A stretch of DNA of 64,000 nucleotides from contig OZ059899.1 of the NCBI GenBank assembly GCA_964057225.1, forward strand, positions 16,988,001 to 17,052,000. The letters are read 5' to 3'. Every line of letters starts with the position of its first letter. The first letter of the stretch is position 1. Below are positions 1 through 15,122 of this stretch, piece after piece. The translations under genes and the position numbers were made by a program. The DNA comes from Auanema rhodensis. Taxonomy: Eukaryota; Animalia; Nematoda. A model generated the notes under the pieces. The model saw only the letters and a program-made list of their open reading frames with translations, had not been told where the DNA came from and made no database searches.

Positions 1-3000
1 TGCACTATACAACATTGAGAAACGCTTAATACAAAAATTAGTTATGATCGTTTGAAAAAAGACGCATTAGTGTATGTTGATTTTCCATGTACACTCAACA
101 TTGCTTCCAAAAACATTTTGACAAAAATTTTTTCGAAAAATTTCAAAATAATTTCGCAAAAAGTAAATGTTTTTAGATTCCTTTTTTTAAGGCAAAGACG
201 ATGGACAATGTTATTCAACGAAAAAATTAATTCTGCAGGGTGAAAATCGAGGATATAAGTGTGAACTTATATCAGTTGATATCTCGGTGCATTTTTAAGC
301 TAGCGCAAATCTGATAACACAGATCGACGCAGCTTAAAAATCCGCATCGAATGCACTATACTACATTGAGAAACGCCCAATACAAAAATTAGTTATGATC
401 GTTTGAAAAATGATGCATTAGTGTATGTTGAGTTTCCATGTACACTCAACATTGCTTCCAAAAACATTTTGACAAAAATTTTTTCGAAAAATTTCAAAAT
501 AATTTCGCAAAAAGTAAATGTTTTTAGATTCCTTTTTTTAAGGCAAAGACGATGGACAATGTTATTCAACGAAAAAATTAATTCTGCAGGGTGAAAATCG
601 AGGATATAAGTGTGAACTTATATCAGTTGATATCTCGGTGCATTTTTAAGCTAGCGCAAATCTGATAACACAGATCGACGCAGCTTAAAAATCCACATCG
701 AATGCACTATACAACATTGAGAAACGTTTAATACAAAAATTAGTTATGATCGTTTGAAAAATGATGCATTAGTGTATGTTGAGTTTCCATGTACACTCAA
801 CATTGCTTCCAAAAACATTTTGACAAAAATTTTTTCGAAAAATTTCAAAATAATTTCGCAAAAAGTAAATGTTTTTAGATTCCTTTTTTTAAGGCAAAGA
901 CGATGGACAATGTTATTCAACGAAAAAATTAATTCTGCAGGGTGAAAATCGAGGATATAAGTGTGAACTTATATCAGTTGATATCTCGGTGCATTTTTAA
1001 GCTAGCGCAAATCTGATAACACAGATCGACGCAGCTTAAAAATCCGCATCGAATGCACTATACAACATTGAGAAACGCTTAATACAAAAATTAGTTATGA
1101 TCGTTTGAAAAAAGACGCATTAGTGTATGTTGAGTTTCCATGTACACTCAACATTGCTTCCAAAAACATTTTGACAAAAATTTTTTCGAAAAATTTCAAA
1201 ATAATTTCGCAAAAAGTAAATGTTTTTAGATTCCTTTTTTTAAGGCAAAGACGATGGACAATGTTATTCAACGAAAAAATTAATTCTGCAGGGTGAAAAT
1301 CGAGGATATAAGTGTGAACATATATCAGTTGATATCTCGGTGAATTTTTAAGCTAGCGCAAATCTGATAACACAGATCGACGCAGCTTAAAAATCCGCAT
1401 CGAATGCACTATACAACATTGAGAAACGCTTAATACAAAAATTAGTTATGATCGTTTGAAAAAAGACGCATTAGTGTATGTTGAGTTTCCATGTACACTC
1501 AACATTGCTTCCAAAAACATTTTGACAAAAATTTTTTCGAAAAATTTCAAAATAATTTCGCAAAAAGTAAATGTTTTTAGATTCCTTTTTTTAAGGCAAA
1601 GACGATGGACAATGTTATTCAACGAAAAAATTAATTCTTCAGGGTGAAAATCGAGGAAGTTCACACTTATATCAGTTGATATCTCGGTGCATTTTTAAGC
1701 TAGCGCAAATCTGATAACACAGATCGACGCAGCTTAAAAATCCACATCGAATGCACTATACAACATTGAGAAACGTTTAATACAAAAATTAGTTATGATC
1801 GTTTGAAAAATGATGCATTAGTGTATGTTGAGTTTCCATGTACACTCAACATTGCTTCCAAAAACATTTTGACAAAAATTTTTTCGAAAAATTTCAAAAT
1901 AATTTCGCAAAAAGTAAATGTTTTTAGATTCCTTTTTTTAAGGCAAAGACGATCGACAATGTTATTCAACGAAAAAATTAATTCTGCAGGGTGAAAATCG
2001 AGGATATAAGTGTGAACTTATATCAGTTGATATCTCGGTGCATTTTTAAGCTAGCGCAAATCTGATAACACAGATCGACGCAGCTTAAAAATCCGCATCG
2101 AATGCACTATACAACATTGAGAAACGCTTAATACAAAAATTAGTTATGATCGTTTGAAAAAAGACGCATTAGTGTATGTTGAGTTTCCATGTACACTCAA
2201 CATTGCTTCCAAAAACATTTTGACAAAAATTTTTTCGAAAAATTTCAAAATAATTTCGCAAAAAGTAAATGTTTTTAGATTCCTTTTTTTAAGGCAAAGA
2301 CGATGGACAATGTTATTCAACGAAAAAATTAATTCTTCAGGGTGAAAATCGAGGAAGTTCACACTTATATCAGTTGATATCTCGGTGAATTTTTAAGCTA
2401 GCGCAAATCTGATAACACAGATCGACGCAGCTTAAAAATCCGCATCGAATGCACTATATTACATTGAGAAACGCTCAATACAAAAATTAGTTATGATTGT
2501 TTGAAAAATGATGCATTAGTGTATGTTGAGTTTCCATGTACACTCAACATTGCTTCCAAAAACATTTTGACAAAAATTTTCCCGAAAAATTTCAAGATAA
2601 TTTCACAAAAAGTAGATGTTTTTAGATTCATTTTTTCAAGGCAAAGATGATGGACAATGTTATTCAACGAAAAAATTAATTCTTCAGGGTGAAAATCGAG
2701 GAAGTTCACACTTATATCAGTTGATATCTCGGTGAATTTTTAAGCTAGCGCAAATCTGATAACACAGATCGACGCAGCTTAAAAATCCGCATCGAATGCA
2801 CTATACAACATTGAGAAACGCTTAATACAAAAGTTAGTTATGATCGTTTGGAAAATGATGCATTAGTGTATGTTGAGTTTCCATGTACACTCAACATTGC
2901 TTCCAAAAACATTTTGACAAAAATTTTTTCGAAAAATTTCAGAATATTTTAGCAAAAAATAGTTGTTTTTAGATTCCTTTTTTCAAGGCAAAGACGATGG

Positions 3001-6000
3001 ACAATGTTATTCAACGAAAAAATTAATTCTTCAGGGTGACAATCGAGGATATAAGTGTGAACTTATATCAGTTGATATCTCGGTGAATTTTTAAGCTAGC
3101 GCAAATCTGATAACACAGATCGACGCAGCTTAAAAATCCACATCGAATGCACTATACAACATTGAGAAACGCTTAATACAAAAATTAGTTATGATCGTTT
3201 GAAAAAAGACGCATTAGTGTATGTTGATTTTCCATGTACACTCAACATTGCTTCCAAAAACATTTTGACAAAAATTTTTTCGAAAAATTTCAAAATAATT
3301 TCGCAAAAAGTAAATGTTTTTAGATTCCTTTTTTTAAGGCAAAGACGATGGACAATGTTATTCAACGAAAAAATTAATTCTGCAGGGTGAAAATCGAGGA
3401 TATAAGTGTGAACTTATATCAGTTGATATCTCGGTGCATTTTTAAGCTAGCGCAAATCTGATAACACAGATCGACGCAGCTTAAAAATCCGCATCGAATG
3501 CACTATACTACATTGAGAAACGCCCAATACAAAAATTAGTTATGATCGTTTGAAAAATGATGCATTAGTGTATGTTGAGTTTCCATGTACACTCAACATT
3601 GCTTCCAAAAACATTTTGACAAAAATTTTTTCGAAAAATTTCAAAATAATTTCGCAAAAAGTAAATGTTTTTAGATTCCTTTTTTTAAGGCAAAGACGAT
3701 GGACAATGTTATTCAACGAAAAAATTAATTCTGCAGGGTGAAAATCGAGGATATAAGTGTGAACTTATATCAGTTGATATCTCGGTGCATTTTTAAGCTA
3801 GCGCAAATCTGATAACACAGATCGACGCAGCTTAAAAATCCACATCGAATGCACTATACAACATTGAGAAACGTTTAATACAAAAATTAGTTATGATCGT
3901 TTGAAAAATGATGCATTAGTGTATGTTGAGTTTCCATGTACACTCAACATTGCTTCCAAAAACATTTTGACAAAAATTTTTTCGAAAAATTTCAAAATAA
4001 TTTCGCAAAAAGTAAATGTTTTTAGATTCCTTTTTTTAAGGCAAAGACGATGGACAATGTTATTCAACGAAAAAATTAATTCTGCAGGGTGAAAATCGAG
4101 GATATAAGTGTGAACTTATATCAGTTGATATCTCGGTGCATTTTTAAGCTAGCGCAAATCTGATAACACAGATCGACGCAGCTTAAAAATCCGCATCGAA
4201 TGCACTATACAACATTGAGAAACGCTTAATACAAAAATTAGTTATGATCGTTTGAAAAAAGACGCATTAGTGTATGTTGAGTTTCCATGTACACTCAACA
4301 TTGCTTCCAAAAACATTTTGACAAAAATTTTTTCGAAAAATTTCAAAATAATTTCGCAAAAAGTAAATGTTTTTAGATTCCTTTTTTTAAGGCAAAGACG
4401 ATGGACAATGTTATTCAACGAAAAAATTAATTCTGCAGGGTGAAAATCGAGGATATAAGTGTGAACATATATCAGTTGATATCTCGGTGAATTTTTAAGC
4501 TAGCGCAAATCTGATAACACAGATCGACGCAGCTTAAAAATCCGCATCGAATGCACTATACAACATTGAGAAACGCTTAATACAAAAATTAGTTATGATC
4601 GTTTGAAAAAAGACGCATTAGTGTATGTTGAGTTTCCATGTACACTCAACATTGCTTCCAAAAACATTTTGACAAAAATTTTTTCGAAAAATTTCAAAAT
4701 AATTTCGCAAAAAGTAAATGTTTTTAGATTCCTTTTTTTAAGGCAAAGACGATGGACAATGTTATTCAACGAAAAAATTAATTCTTCAGGGTGAAAATCG
4801 AGGAAGTTCACACTTATATCAGTTGATATCTCGGTGAATTTTTAAGCTAGCGCAAATCTGATAACACAGATCGACGCAGCTTAAAAATCCGCATCGAATG
4901 CACTATATTACATTGAGAAACGCTCAATACAAAAATTAGTTATGATTGTTTGAAAAATGATGCATTAGTGTATGTTGAGTTTCCATGTACACTCAACATT
5001 GCTTCCAAAAACATTTTGACAAAAATTTTCCCGAAAAATTTCAAGATAATTTCACAAAAAGTAGATGTTTTTAGATTCATTTTTTCAAGGCAAAGATGAT
5101 GGACAATGTTATTCAACGAAAAAATTAATTCTTCAGGGTGAAAATCGAGGAAGTTCACACTTATATCAGTTGATATCTCGGTGAATTTTTAAGCTAGCGC
5201 AAATCTGATAACACAGATCGACGCAGCTTAAAAATCCGCATCGAATGCACTATACAACATTGAGAAACGCTTAATACAAAAGTTAGTTATGATCGTTTGG
5301 AAAATGATGCATTAGTGTATGTTGAGTTTCCATGTACACTCAACATTGCTTCCAAAAACATTTTGACAAAAATTTTTTCGAAAAATTTCAGAATATTTTA
5401 GCAAAAAATAGTTGTTTTTAGATTCCTTTTTTCAAGGCAAAGACGATGGACAATGTTATTCAACGAAAAAATTAATTCTTCAGGGTGACAATCGAGGATA
5501 TAAGTGTGAACTTATATCAGTTGATATCTCGGTGAATTTTTAAGCTAGCGCAAATCTGATAACACAGATCGACGCAGCTTAAAAATCCACATCGAATGCA
5601 CTATACAACATTGAGAAACGCTTAATACAAAAATTAGTTATGATCGTTTGAAAAAAGACGCATTAGTGTATGTTGATTTTCCATGTACACTCAACATTGC
5701 TTCCAAAAACATTTTGACAAAAATTTTTTCGAAAAATTTCAAAATAATTTCGCAAAAAGTAAATGTTTTTAGATTCCTTTTTTTAAGGCAAAGACGATGG
5801 ACAATGTTATTCAACGAAAAAATTAATTCTGCAGGGTGAAAATCGAGGATATAAGTGTGAACTTATATCAGTTGATATCTCGGTGCATTTTTAAGCTAGC
5901 GCAAATCTGATAACACAGATCGACGCAGCTTAAAAATCCGCATCGAATGCACTATACTACATTGAGAAACGCCCAATACAAAAATTAGTTATGATCGTTT

Positions 6001-8779
6001 GAAAAATGATGCATTAGTGTATGTTGAGTTTCCATGTACACTCAACATTGCTTCCAAAAACATTTTGACAAAAATTTTTTCGAAAAATTTCAAAATAATT
6101 TCGCAAAAAGTAAATGTTTTTAGATTCCTTTTTTTAAGGCAAAGACGATGGACAATGTTATTCAACGAAAAAATTAATTCTGCAGGGTGAAAATCGAGGA
6201 TATAAGTGTGAACTTATATCAGTTGATATCTCGGTGCATTTTTAAGCTAGCGCAAATCTGATAACACAGATCGACGCAGCTTAAAAATCCACATCGAATG
6301 CACTATACAACATTGAGAAACGTTTAATACAAAAATTAGTTATGATCGTTTGAAAAATGATGCATTAGTGTATGTTGAGTTTCCATGTACACTCAACATT
6401 GCTTCCAAAAACATTTTGACAAAAATTTTTTCGAAAAATTTCAAAATAATTTCGCAAAAAGTAAATGTTTTTAGATTCCTTTTTTTAAGGCAAAGACGAT
6501 GGACAATGTTATTCAACGAAAAAATTAATTCTGCAGGGTGAAAATCGAGGATATAAGTGTGAACTTATATCAGTTGATATCTCGGTGCATTTTTAAGCTA
6601 GCGCAAATCTGATAACACAGATCGACGCAGCTTAAAAATCCGCATCGAATGCACTATACTACATTGAGAAACGCCCAATACAAAAATTAGTTATGATCGT
6701 TTGAAAAATGATGCATTAGTGTATGTTGAGTTTCCATGTACACTCAACATTGCTTCCAAAAACATTTTGACAAAAATTTTTTCGAAAAATTTCAAAATAA
6801 TTTCGCAAAAAGTAAATGTTTTTAGATTCCTTTTTTTAAGGCAAAGACGATGGACAATGTTATTCAACGAAAAAATTAATTCTGCAGGGTGAAAATCGAG
6901 GATATAAGTGTGAACTTATATCAGTTGATATCTCGGTGCATTTTTAAGCTAGCGCAAATCTGATAACACAGATCGACGCAGCTTAAAAATCCACATCGAA
7001 TGCACTATACAACATTGAGAAACGCTTAATACAAAAATTAGTTATGATCGTTTGAAAAATGATGCATTAGTGTATGTTGAGTTTCCATGTACACTCAACA
7101 TTGCTTCCAAAAACATTTTGACAAAAATTTTTTCGAAAAATTTCAAAATAATTTCGCAAAAAGTAAATGTTTTTAGATTCCTTTTTTTAAGGCAAAGACG
7201 ATGGACAATGTTATTCAACGAAAAAATTAATTCTGCAGGGTGAAAATCGAGGATATAAGTGTGAACTTATATCAGTTGATATCTCGGTGCATTTTTAAGC
7301 TAGCGCAAATCTGATAACACAGATCGACGCAGCTTAAAAATCCGCATCGAATGCACTATACTACATTGAGAAACGCCCAATACAAAAATTAGTTATGATC
7401 GTTTGAAAAATGATGCATTAGTGTATGTTGAGTTTCCATGTACACTCAACATTGCTTCCAAAAACATTTTGACAAAAATTTTTTCGAAAAATTTCAAAAT
7501 AATTTCGCAAAAAGTAAATGTTTTTAGATTCCTTTTTTTAAGGCAAAGACGATGGACAATGTTATTCAACGAAAAAATTAATTCTGCAGGGTGAAAATCG
7601 AGGATATAAGTGTGAACTTATATCAGTTGATATCTCGGTGCATTTTTAAGCTAGCGCAAATCTGATAACACAGATCGACGCAGCTTAAAAATCCGCATCG
7701 AATGCACTATACTACATTGAGAAACGCTTAATACAAAAATTAGTTATGATCGTTTGAAAAATGATGCATTAGTGTATGTTGAGTTTCCATGTACACTCAA
7801 CATTGCTTCCAAAAACATTTTGACAAAAATTTTTTCGAAAAATTTCAGAATATTTTAGCAAAAAATAGTTGTTTTTAGATTCCTTTTTTCAAGGCAAAGA
7901 CGATGGACAATGTTATTCAACGAAAAAATTAATTCTGCAGGGTGAAAATCGAGGATATAAGTGTGAACTTATATCAGTTGATATCTCGGTGAATTTTTAA
8001 GCTAGCGCAAATCTGATAAAACAGATCGACGCAGCTTAAAAATCCGCATTGAATGCACTATACAACATTGAGAAACGCTTAATACAAAAATTAGTTATGA
8101 TCGTTTGAAAAAAGACGCATTAGTGTATGTTGAGTTTCCATGTACACTCAACATTGCTTCCAAAAACATTTTGACAAAAATTTTTTCGAAAAATTTCAGA
8201 ATATTTTAGCAAAAAATAGTTGTTTTTAGATTCCTTTTTTCAAGGCAAAGACGATGGACAATGTTATTCAACGAAAAAATTAATTCTGCAGGGTGAAAAT
8301 CGAGGATATAAGTGTGAACATATATCAGTTGATATCTCGGTGAATTTTTAAGCTAGCGCAAATCTGATAACACAGATCGACGCAGCTTAAAAATCCGCAT
8401 CGAATGCACTATACAACAATGAGAAACGCTTAATACAAAAATTAGTTATGATCGTTTGAAAAAAGACGCATTAGTGTATGTTGAGTTTCCATGTACACTC
8501 AACATTGCTTCCAAAAACATTTTGACAAAAATTTTTTCGAAAAATTTCAAAAAAATTTCGCAAAAAGTAAATGTTTTTAGATTCCTTTTTTTAAGGCAAA
8601 GACGATGGACAATGTTATTCAACGAAAAAATTAATTCTGCAGGGTGAAAATCGAGGATATAAGTGTGAACTTATATCAGTTGATATCTCGGTGCATTTTT
8701 AAGCTAGCGCAAATCTGATAACACAGATCGACGCAGCTTAAAAATCCGCATCGAATGCACTATACAACATTGAGAAACG

Positions 8780-11700
8780 CTCAATACAAAATTTATTTAT
8801 GATTGTTTGAAAAAAGATGCATTAGTGTATGTTGAGTTTCCATGTACGCTCAACATTGCTTCCAAAAACAGTTTGAGAAAACTTTTTCCGAAAAATTTCA
8901 GAATCATTTCACAAAAAGTAGATGTTTTTAGATTCCTTTTTTTAAGGCGAAGACGATGGACAATGTTATTCAACGAAAAAATTAATTCTCCAGGGTGAAA
9001 ATCGAGGATATAAGTGTGAACTTATATCAGTTGATATCTCGGTGCATTTTTAAGCTAGCGCAAATCTGATAACACAGATCGACGCAGCTTACAAATCCGC
9101 ATCGAATACACTATACTACATTGAGAAACGCTCGATACAAAAATTAGTTATGATCGTTTGAAAAATGATGCATTAGTGTATGTTGAGTTTCCATGTACGC
9201 TCAACATTGCTTCCAAAAAAAATTTGAGAAAAATTTTTCCGAAAAATTTCAGAATCATTTCACAAAAAGTAGATGTTTTTAGATTCCTTTTTTCAAGGCA
9301 AAAACGATGGACAATGTTATTCAACGAAAAAATTAATTCTTCAGGGTGAAAATCGAGGATATAAGTGTGAACTTATATCAGTTGATATCTCGGTGCATTT
9401 TTAAGCTAGCGCAAATCTGATAACACAGATCGACGCAGCTTACAAATCCGCATCGAATGCACTATACTACGTTGAGAAACGCTCAATACAAAATTTATTT
9501 ATGATCGTTTGAAAAATGATGCATTAGTGTATGTTGAGTTTCCATGTACGCTCAACATTGCTTCCAAAAACAGTTTGAGAAAAATTTTTCCGAAAAATTT
9601 CAGAATCATTTCACAAAAAGTAGATGTTTTTAGATTCCTTTTTTCAAGGCAAAAACGATGGACAATGTTATTCAACGAAAAAATTAATTCTTCAGGGTGA
9701 AAATCGAGGATATAAGTGTGAACTTATATCAGTTGATATCTCGGTGCATTTTCAAGCTAGCGCAAATCTGATAACACAGATCGACGCAGCTTACAAATCC
9801 GCATCGAATGCACTATACTACATTGAGAAACGCTCAATACAAAATTTATTTATGATTGTTTGAAAAAAGATGCATTAGTGTATGTTGAGTTTCCATGTAC
9901 GCTCAACATTGCTTCCAAAAACATTTTGAGAAAAATTTTTCCGAAAAATTTCAGAATCATTTCACAAAAAGTAGATGTTTTTAGATTCCTTTTTTTAAGG
10001 CGAAGACGATGGACATTGTTATTCAACGAAAAAATTAATTCTTCAGGGTGAAAATCGAGGATATAAGTGTGAACTTATATCAGTTGATATCTCGGTGCAT
10101 TTTTAAGCTAGCGCAAATCTGATAACACAGATCGACGCAGCTTACAAATCCGCATCGAATGCACTATACTACATTGAGAAACGCTCGATACAAAAATTAG
10201 TTATGATCGTTTGAAAAATGATGCATTAGTGTATGTTGAGTTTCCATGTACGCTCAACATTGCTTCCAAAAACATTTTGAGAAAAATTTTTCCGAAAAAT
10301 TTCAAGATAATTTTACTAGTAGATGTTTTTAGATTCCTTTTTTCAAGGCAAAAACGATGGACAATGTTATTCAACGAAAAAATTAATTCTTCAGGGTGAA
10401 AATCGAGGATATAAGTGTGAACTTATATCAGTTGATATCTCGGTGCATTTTCAAGCTAGCGCAAATCTGATCACACAGATCGACGCAGCTTAAAAATCCG
10501 CATCGAATGCACTATACTACATTGAGAAACGCTCAATACAAAATTTATTTATGATTGTTTGAAAAAAGATGCATTAGTGTATGTTGAGTTTCCATGTACG
10601 CTCAACATTGCTTCCAAAAACATTTTGAGAAAAATTTTTCCGAAAAATTTCAGAATCATTTCACAAAAAGTAGATGTTTTAAGATTCCTTTTTTTAAGGC
10701 GAAGACGATGGACAATGTTATTCAACGAAAAAATTAATTCTTCAGGGTGAAAATCGAGGAAGTTCACACTTATATCAGTTGATATCTCGGTGCATTTTTA
10801 AGCTAGCGCAAATCTGATAACACAGATCGACGCAGCTTACAAATCCGCATCGAATGCACTATACTACATTGAGAAACGCTCAATACAAAATTTATTTATG
10901 ATTGTTTGAAAAATGATGCATTAGTGTATGTTGAGTTTCCATGTACACTCAACATTGCTTCCAAAAACATTTTGACAAAAATTTTTCCGAAAAATTTCGA
11001 AATAATTTCGCAAAAAGTAGATGTTTTTAGATTCCTTTTTTCAAGGCAAAGACGATGGACAATGTTATTCAACGAAAAAATTAATTCTTCAGGGTGAAAA
11101 TCGAGGATATAAGTGTGAACTTATATCAGTTGATATCTCGGTGCATTTTTAAGCTAGCGCAAACCTGATAACACAGATCGACACAACTTAAAAATCCGCA
11201 TCGAATGCGCTATACTACATTGAGAAACGCTTAATACAAAAATTAGCTATGATCGTTTGAAAAATGATGCATTAGTGTATGTTGAGTTTCCATGTACGCT
11301 CAACATTGCTTCCAAAAACATTTTGAGAAAAATTTTTCCGAAAAATATCAGAATCATTTCACAAAAAGTAGATGTTTTTAGATTCCTTTTTTTAAGGCGA
11401 AGACGATGGACAATGTTATTCAACGAAAAAATTAATTCTTCAGGGTGAAAATCGAGGAAGTTCACACTTATATCAGTTGATATCTCGGTGCATTTTTAAG
11501 CTAGCGCAAATCTGATAACACAGATCGACGCAGCTTACAAATCCGCATCGAATGCACTATACTACATTGAGAAACGCTCGATACAAAATTTATTTATGAT
11601 TGTTTGAAAAAAGATGCATTAGTGTATGTTGAGTTTCCATGTACGCTCAACATTGCTTCCAAAAACATTTTGAGAAAACTTTTTCCGAAAAATTTCAGAA

Positions 11701-14700
11701 TCATTTCACAAAAAGTAGATGTTTTTAGATTCCTTTTTTTAAGGCGAAGACGATGGACAATGTTATTCAACGAAAAAATTAATTCTCCAGGGTGAAAATC
11801 GAGGATATAAGTGTGAACTTATATCAGTTGATATCTCGGTGCATTTTTAAGCTAGCGCAAATCTGATAACACAGATCGACGCAGCTTACAAATCCGCATC
11901 GAATGCACTATACTACGTTGAGAAACGCTCAATACAAAATTTATTTATGATTGTTTGAAAAAAGATGCATTAGTGTATGTTGAGTTTCCATGTACGCTCA
12001 ACATTGCTTCCAAAAACATTTTGAGAAAACTTTTTCCGAAAAATTTCAGAATCATTTCACAAAAAGTAGATGTTTTTAGATTCCTTTTTTTAAGGCGAAG
12101 ACGATGGACAATGTTATTCAACGAAAAAATTAATTCTCCAGGGTGAAAATCGAGGATATAAGTGTGAACTTATATCAGTTGATATCTCGGTGCATTTTTA
12201 AGCTAGCGCAAATCTGATAACACAGATCGACGCAGCTTACGAATCCGCATCGAATGCACTATACTACATTGAGAAACGCTCAATACAAAATTTATTTATG
12301 ATTGTTTGAAAAAAGATGCATTAGTGTATGTTGAGTTTCCATGTACGCTCAACATTGCTTCCAAAAACATTTTGAGAAAACTTTTTCCGAAAAATTTCAG
12401 AATCATTTCACAAAAAGTAGATGTTTTTAGATTCCTTTTTTCAAGGCAAAAACGATGGACAATGTTATTCAACGAAAAAATTAATTCTTCAGGGTGAAAA
12501 TCGAGGATATAAGTGTGAACTTATATCAGTTGATATCTCGGTGCATTTTCAAGCTAGCGCAAATCTGATAACACAGATCGACGCAGCTTAAAAATCCGCA
12601 TCGAATGCACTATACTACATTGAGAAACGCTCAATACAAAAATTATTTATGATCGTTTGAAAAAAGATGCATTAGTGTATGTTGAGTTTCCATGTACGCT
12701 CAACATTGCTTCCAAAAACATTTTGATAAAAATTTTTCCGAAAAATTTCAAGATAATTTTACAAAAAGTAGATGTTTTTAGATTCCTTTTTTTAAGGCGA
12801 AGACGATGGACAATGTTATTCAACGAAAAAATTAATTCTTCAGGGTGAAAATCGAGGATATAAGTGTGAACTTATATCAGTTGATATCTCGGTGCATTTT
12901 TAAGCTAGCGCAAACCTGATAACACAGATCGACACAACTTAAAAATCCGCATCGAATGCGCTATACTACATTGAGAAACGCTTAATACAAAAATTAGCTA
13001 TGATCGTTTGAAAAATGATGCATTAGTGTATGTTGAGTTTCCATGTACGCTCAACATTGCTTCCAAAAACATTTTGAGAAAAATTTTTCCGAAAAATATC
13101 AGAATCATTTCACAAAAAGTAGATGTTTTTAGATTCCTTTTTTTAAGGCGAAGACGATGGACAATGTTATTCAACGAAAAAATTAATTCTTCAGGGTGAA
13201 AATCGAGGAAGTTCACACTTATATCAGTTGATATCTCGGTGCATTTTTAAGCTAGCGCAAATCTGATAACACAGATCGACGCAGCTTACAAATCCGCATC
13301 GAATGCACTATACTACATTGAGAAACGCTCGATACAAAATTTATTTATGATTGTTTGAAAAAAGATGCATTAGTGTATGTTGAGTTTCCATGTACGCTCA
13401 ACATTGCTTCCAAAAACATTTTGAGAAAAATTTTTCCGAAAAATTTCAGAATCATTTCACAAAAAGTAGATGTTTTTAGATTCCTTTTTTTAAGGCGAAG
13501 ACGATGGACAATGTTATTCAACGAAAAAATTAATTCTCCAGGGTGAAAATCGAGGATATAAGTGTGAACTTATATCAGTTGATATCTCGGTGCATTTTTA
13601 AGCTAGCGCAAATCTGATAACACAGATCGACGCAGCTTACAAATCCGCATCGAATGCACTATACTACGTTGAGAAACGCTCAATACAAAATTTATTTATG
13701 ATTGTTTGAAAAAAGATGCATTAGTGTATGTTGAGTTTCCATGTACGCTCAACATTGCTTCCAAAAACATTTTGAGAAAACTTTTTCCGAAAAATTTCAG
13801 AATCATTTCACAAAAAGTAGATGTTTTTAGATTCCTTTTTTTAAGGCGAAGACGATGGACAATGTTATTCAACGAAAAAATTAATTCTCCAGGGTGAAAA
13901 TCGAGGATATAAGTGTGAACTTATATCAGTTGATATCTCGGTGCATTTTTAAGCTAGCGCAAATCTGATAACACAGATCGACGCAGCTTACGAATCCGCA
14001 TCGAATGCACTATACTACATTGAGAAACGCTCAATACAAAATTTATTTATGATTGTTTGAAAAAAGATGCATTAGTGTATGTTGAGTTTCCATGTACGCT
14101 CAACATTGCTTCCAAAAACATTTTGAGAAAACTTTTTCCGAAAAATTTCAGAATCATTTCACAAAAAGTAGATGTTTTTAGATTCCTTTTTTCAAGGCAA
14201 AAACGATGGACAATGTTATTCAACGAAAAAATTAATTCTTCAGGGTGAAAATCGAGGATATAAGTGTGAACTTATATCAGTTGATATCTCGGTGCATTTT
14301 CAAGCTAGCGCAAATCTGATAACACAGATCGACGCAGCTTAAAAATCCGCATCGAATGCACTATACTACATTGAGAAACGCTCAATACAAAAATTATTTA
14401 TGATCGTTTGAAAAAAGATGCATTAGTGTATGTTGAGTTTCCATGTACGCTCAACATTGCTTCCAAAAACATTTTGATAAAAATTTTTCCGAAAAATTTC
14501 AAGATAATTTTACAAAAAGTAGATGTTTTTAGATTCCTTTTTTTAAGGCGAAGACGATGGACAATGTTATTCAACGAAAAAATTAATTCTTCAGGGTGAA
14601 AATCGAGGATATAAGTGTGAACTTATATCAGTTGATATCTCGGTGCATTTTTAAGCTAGCGCAAATCTGATAACACAGATCGACGCAGCTTACAAATCCG

Positions 14701-14780
14701 CATCGAATGCACTATACTACATTGAGAAACGCTCAATACAAAATTTATTTATGATTGTTTGAAAAAAGATGCATTAGTGT
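8780..14780. repeat. Diverged sub-family block of the same satellite (~17 monomers), containing a duplicated 5-mer (1751 bp)
   Basis: Diagnostic variants are concentrated here: TGTACGCTC, TTGAGAAAA, AGAATCATTTCAC, AGGCGAAGAC, GCTTACAAATCC, ATTTATTTATG. Units at 11257 and 13008 share private variants, and 1751 = 4x351+347. Confidence 0.93.
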
Positions 14781-15122
14781 ATGTTGAGTTTCCATGTACA
14801 CTCAACATTGCTTCCAAAAACATTTTGACAAAAATTTTTTCGAAAAATTTCAGAATATTTTAGCAAAAAATAGTTGTTTTTAGATTCCTTTTTTCAAGGC
14901 AAAGACGATGGACAATGTTATTCAACGAAAAAATTAATTCTGCAGGGTGAAAATCGAGGATATAAGTGTGAACTTATATCAGTTGATATCTCGGTGCATT
15001 TTTAAGCTAGCGCAAATCTGATAACACAGATCGACGCAGCTTAAAAATCCGCATCGAATGCACTATACTACATTGAGAAACGCTTAATACAAAAATTAGT
15101 TATGATCGTTTGAAAAATGATG

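Noticed and set aside
278-400. tRNA/5S/SL RNA gene within the satellite monomer
   Set aside because: No cloverleaf, A/B boxes or recognisable 5S or spliced-leader sequence.
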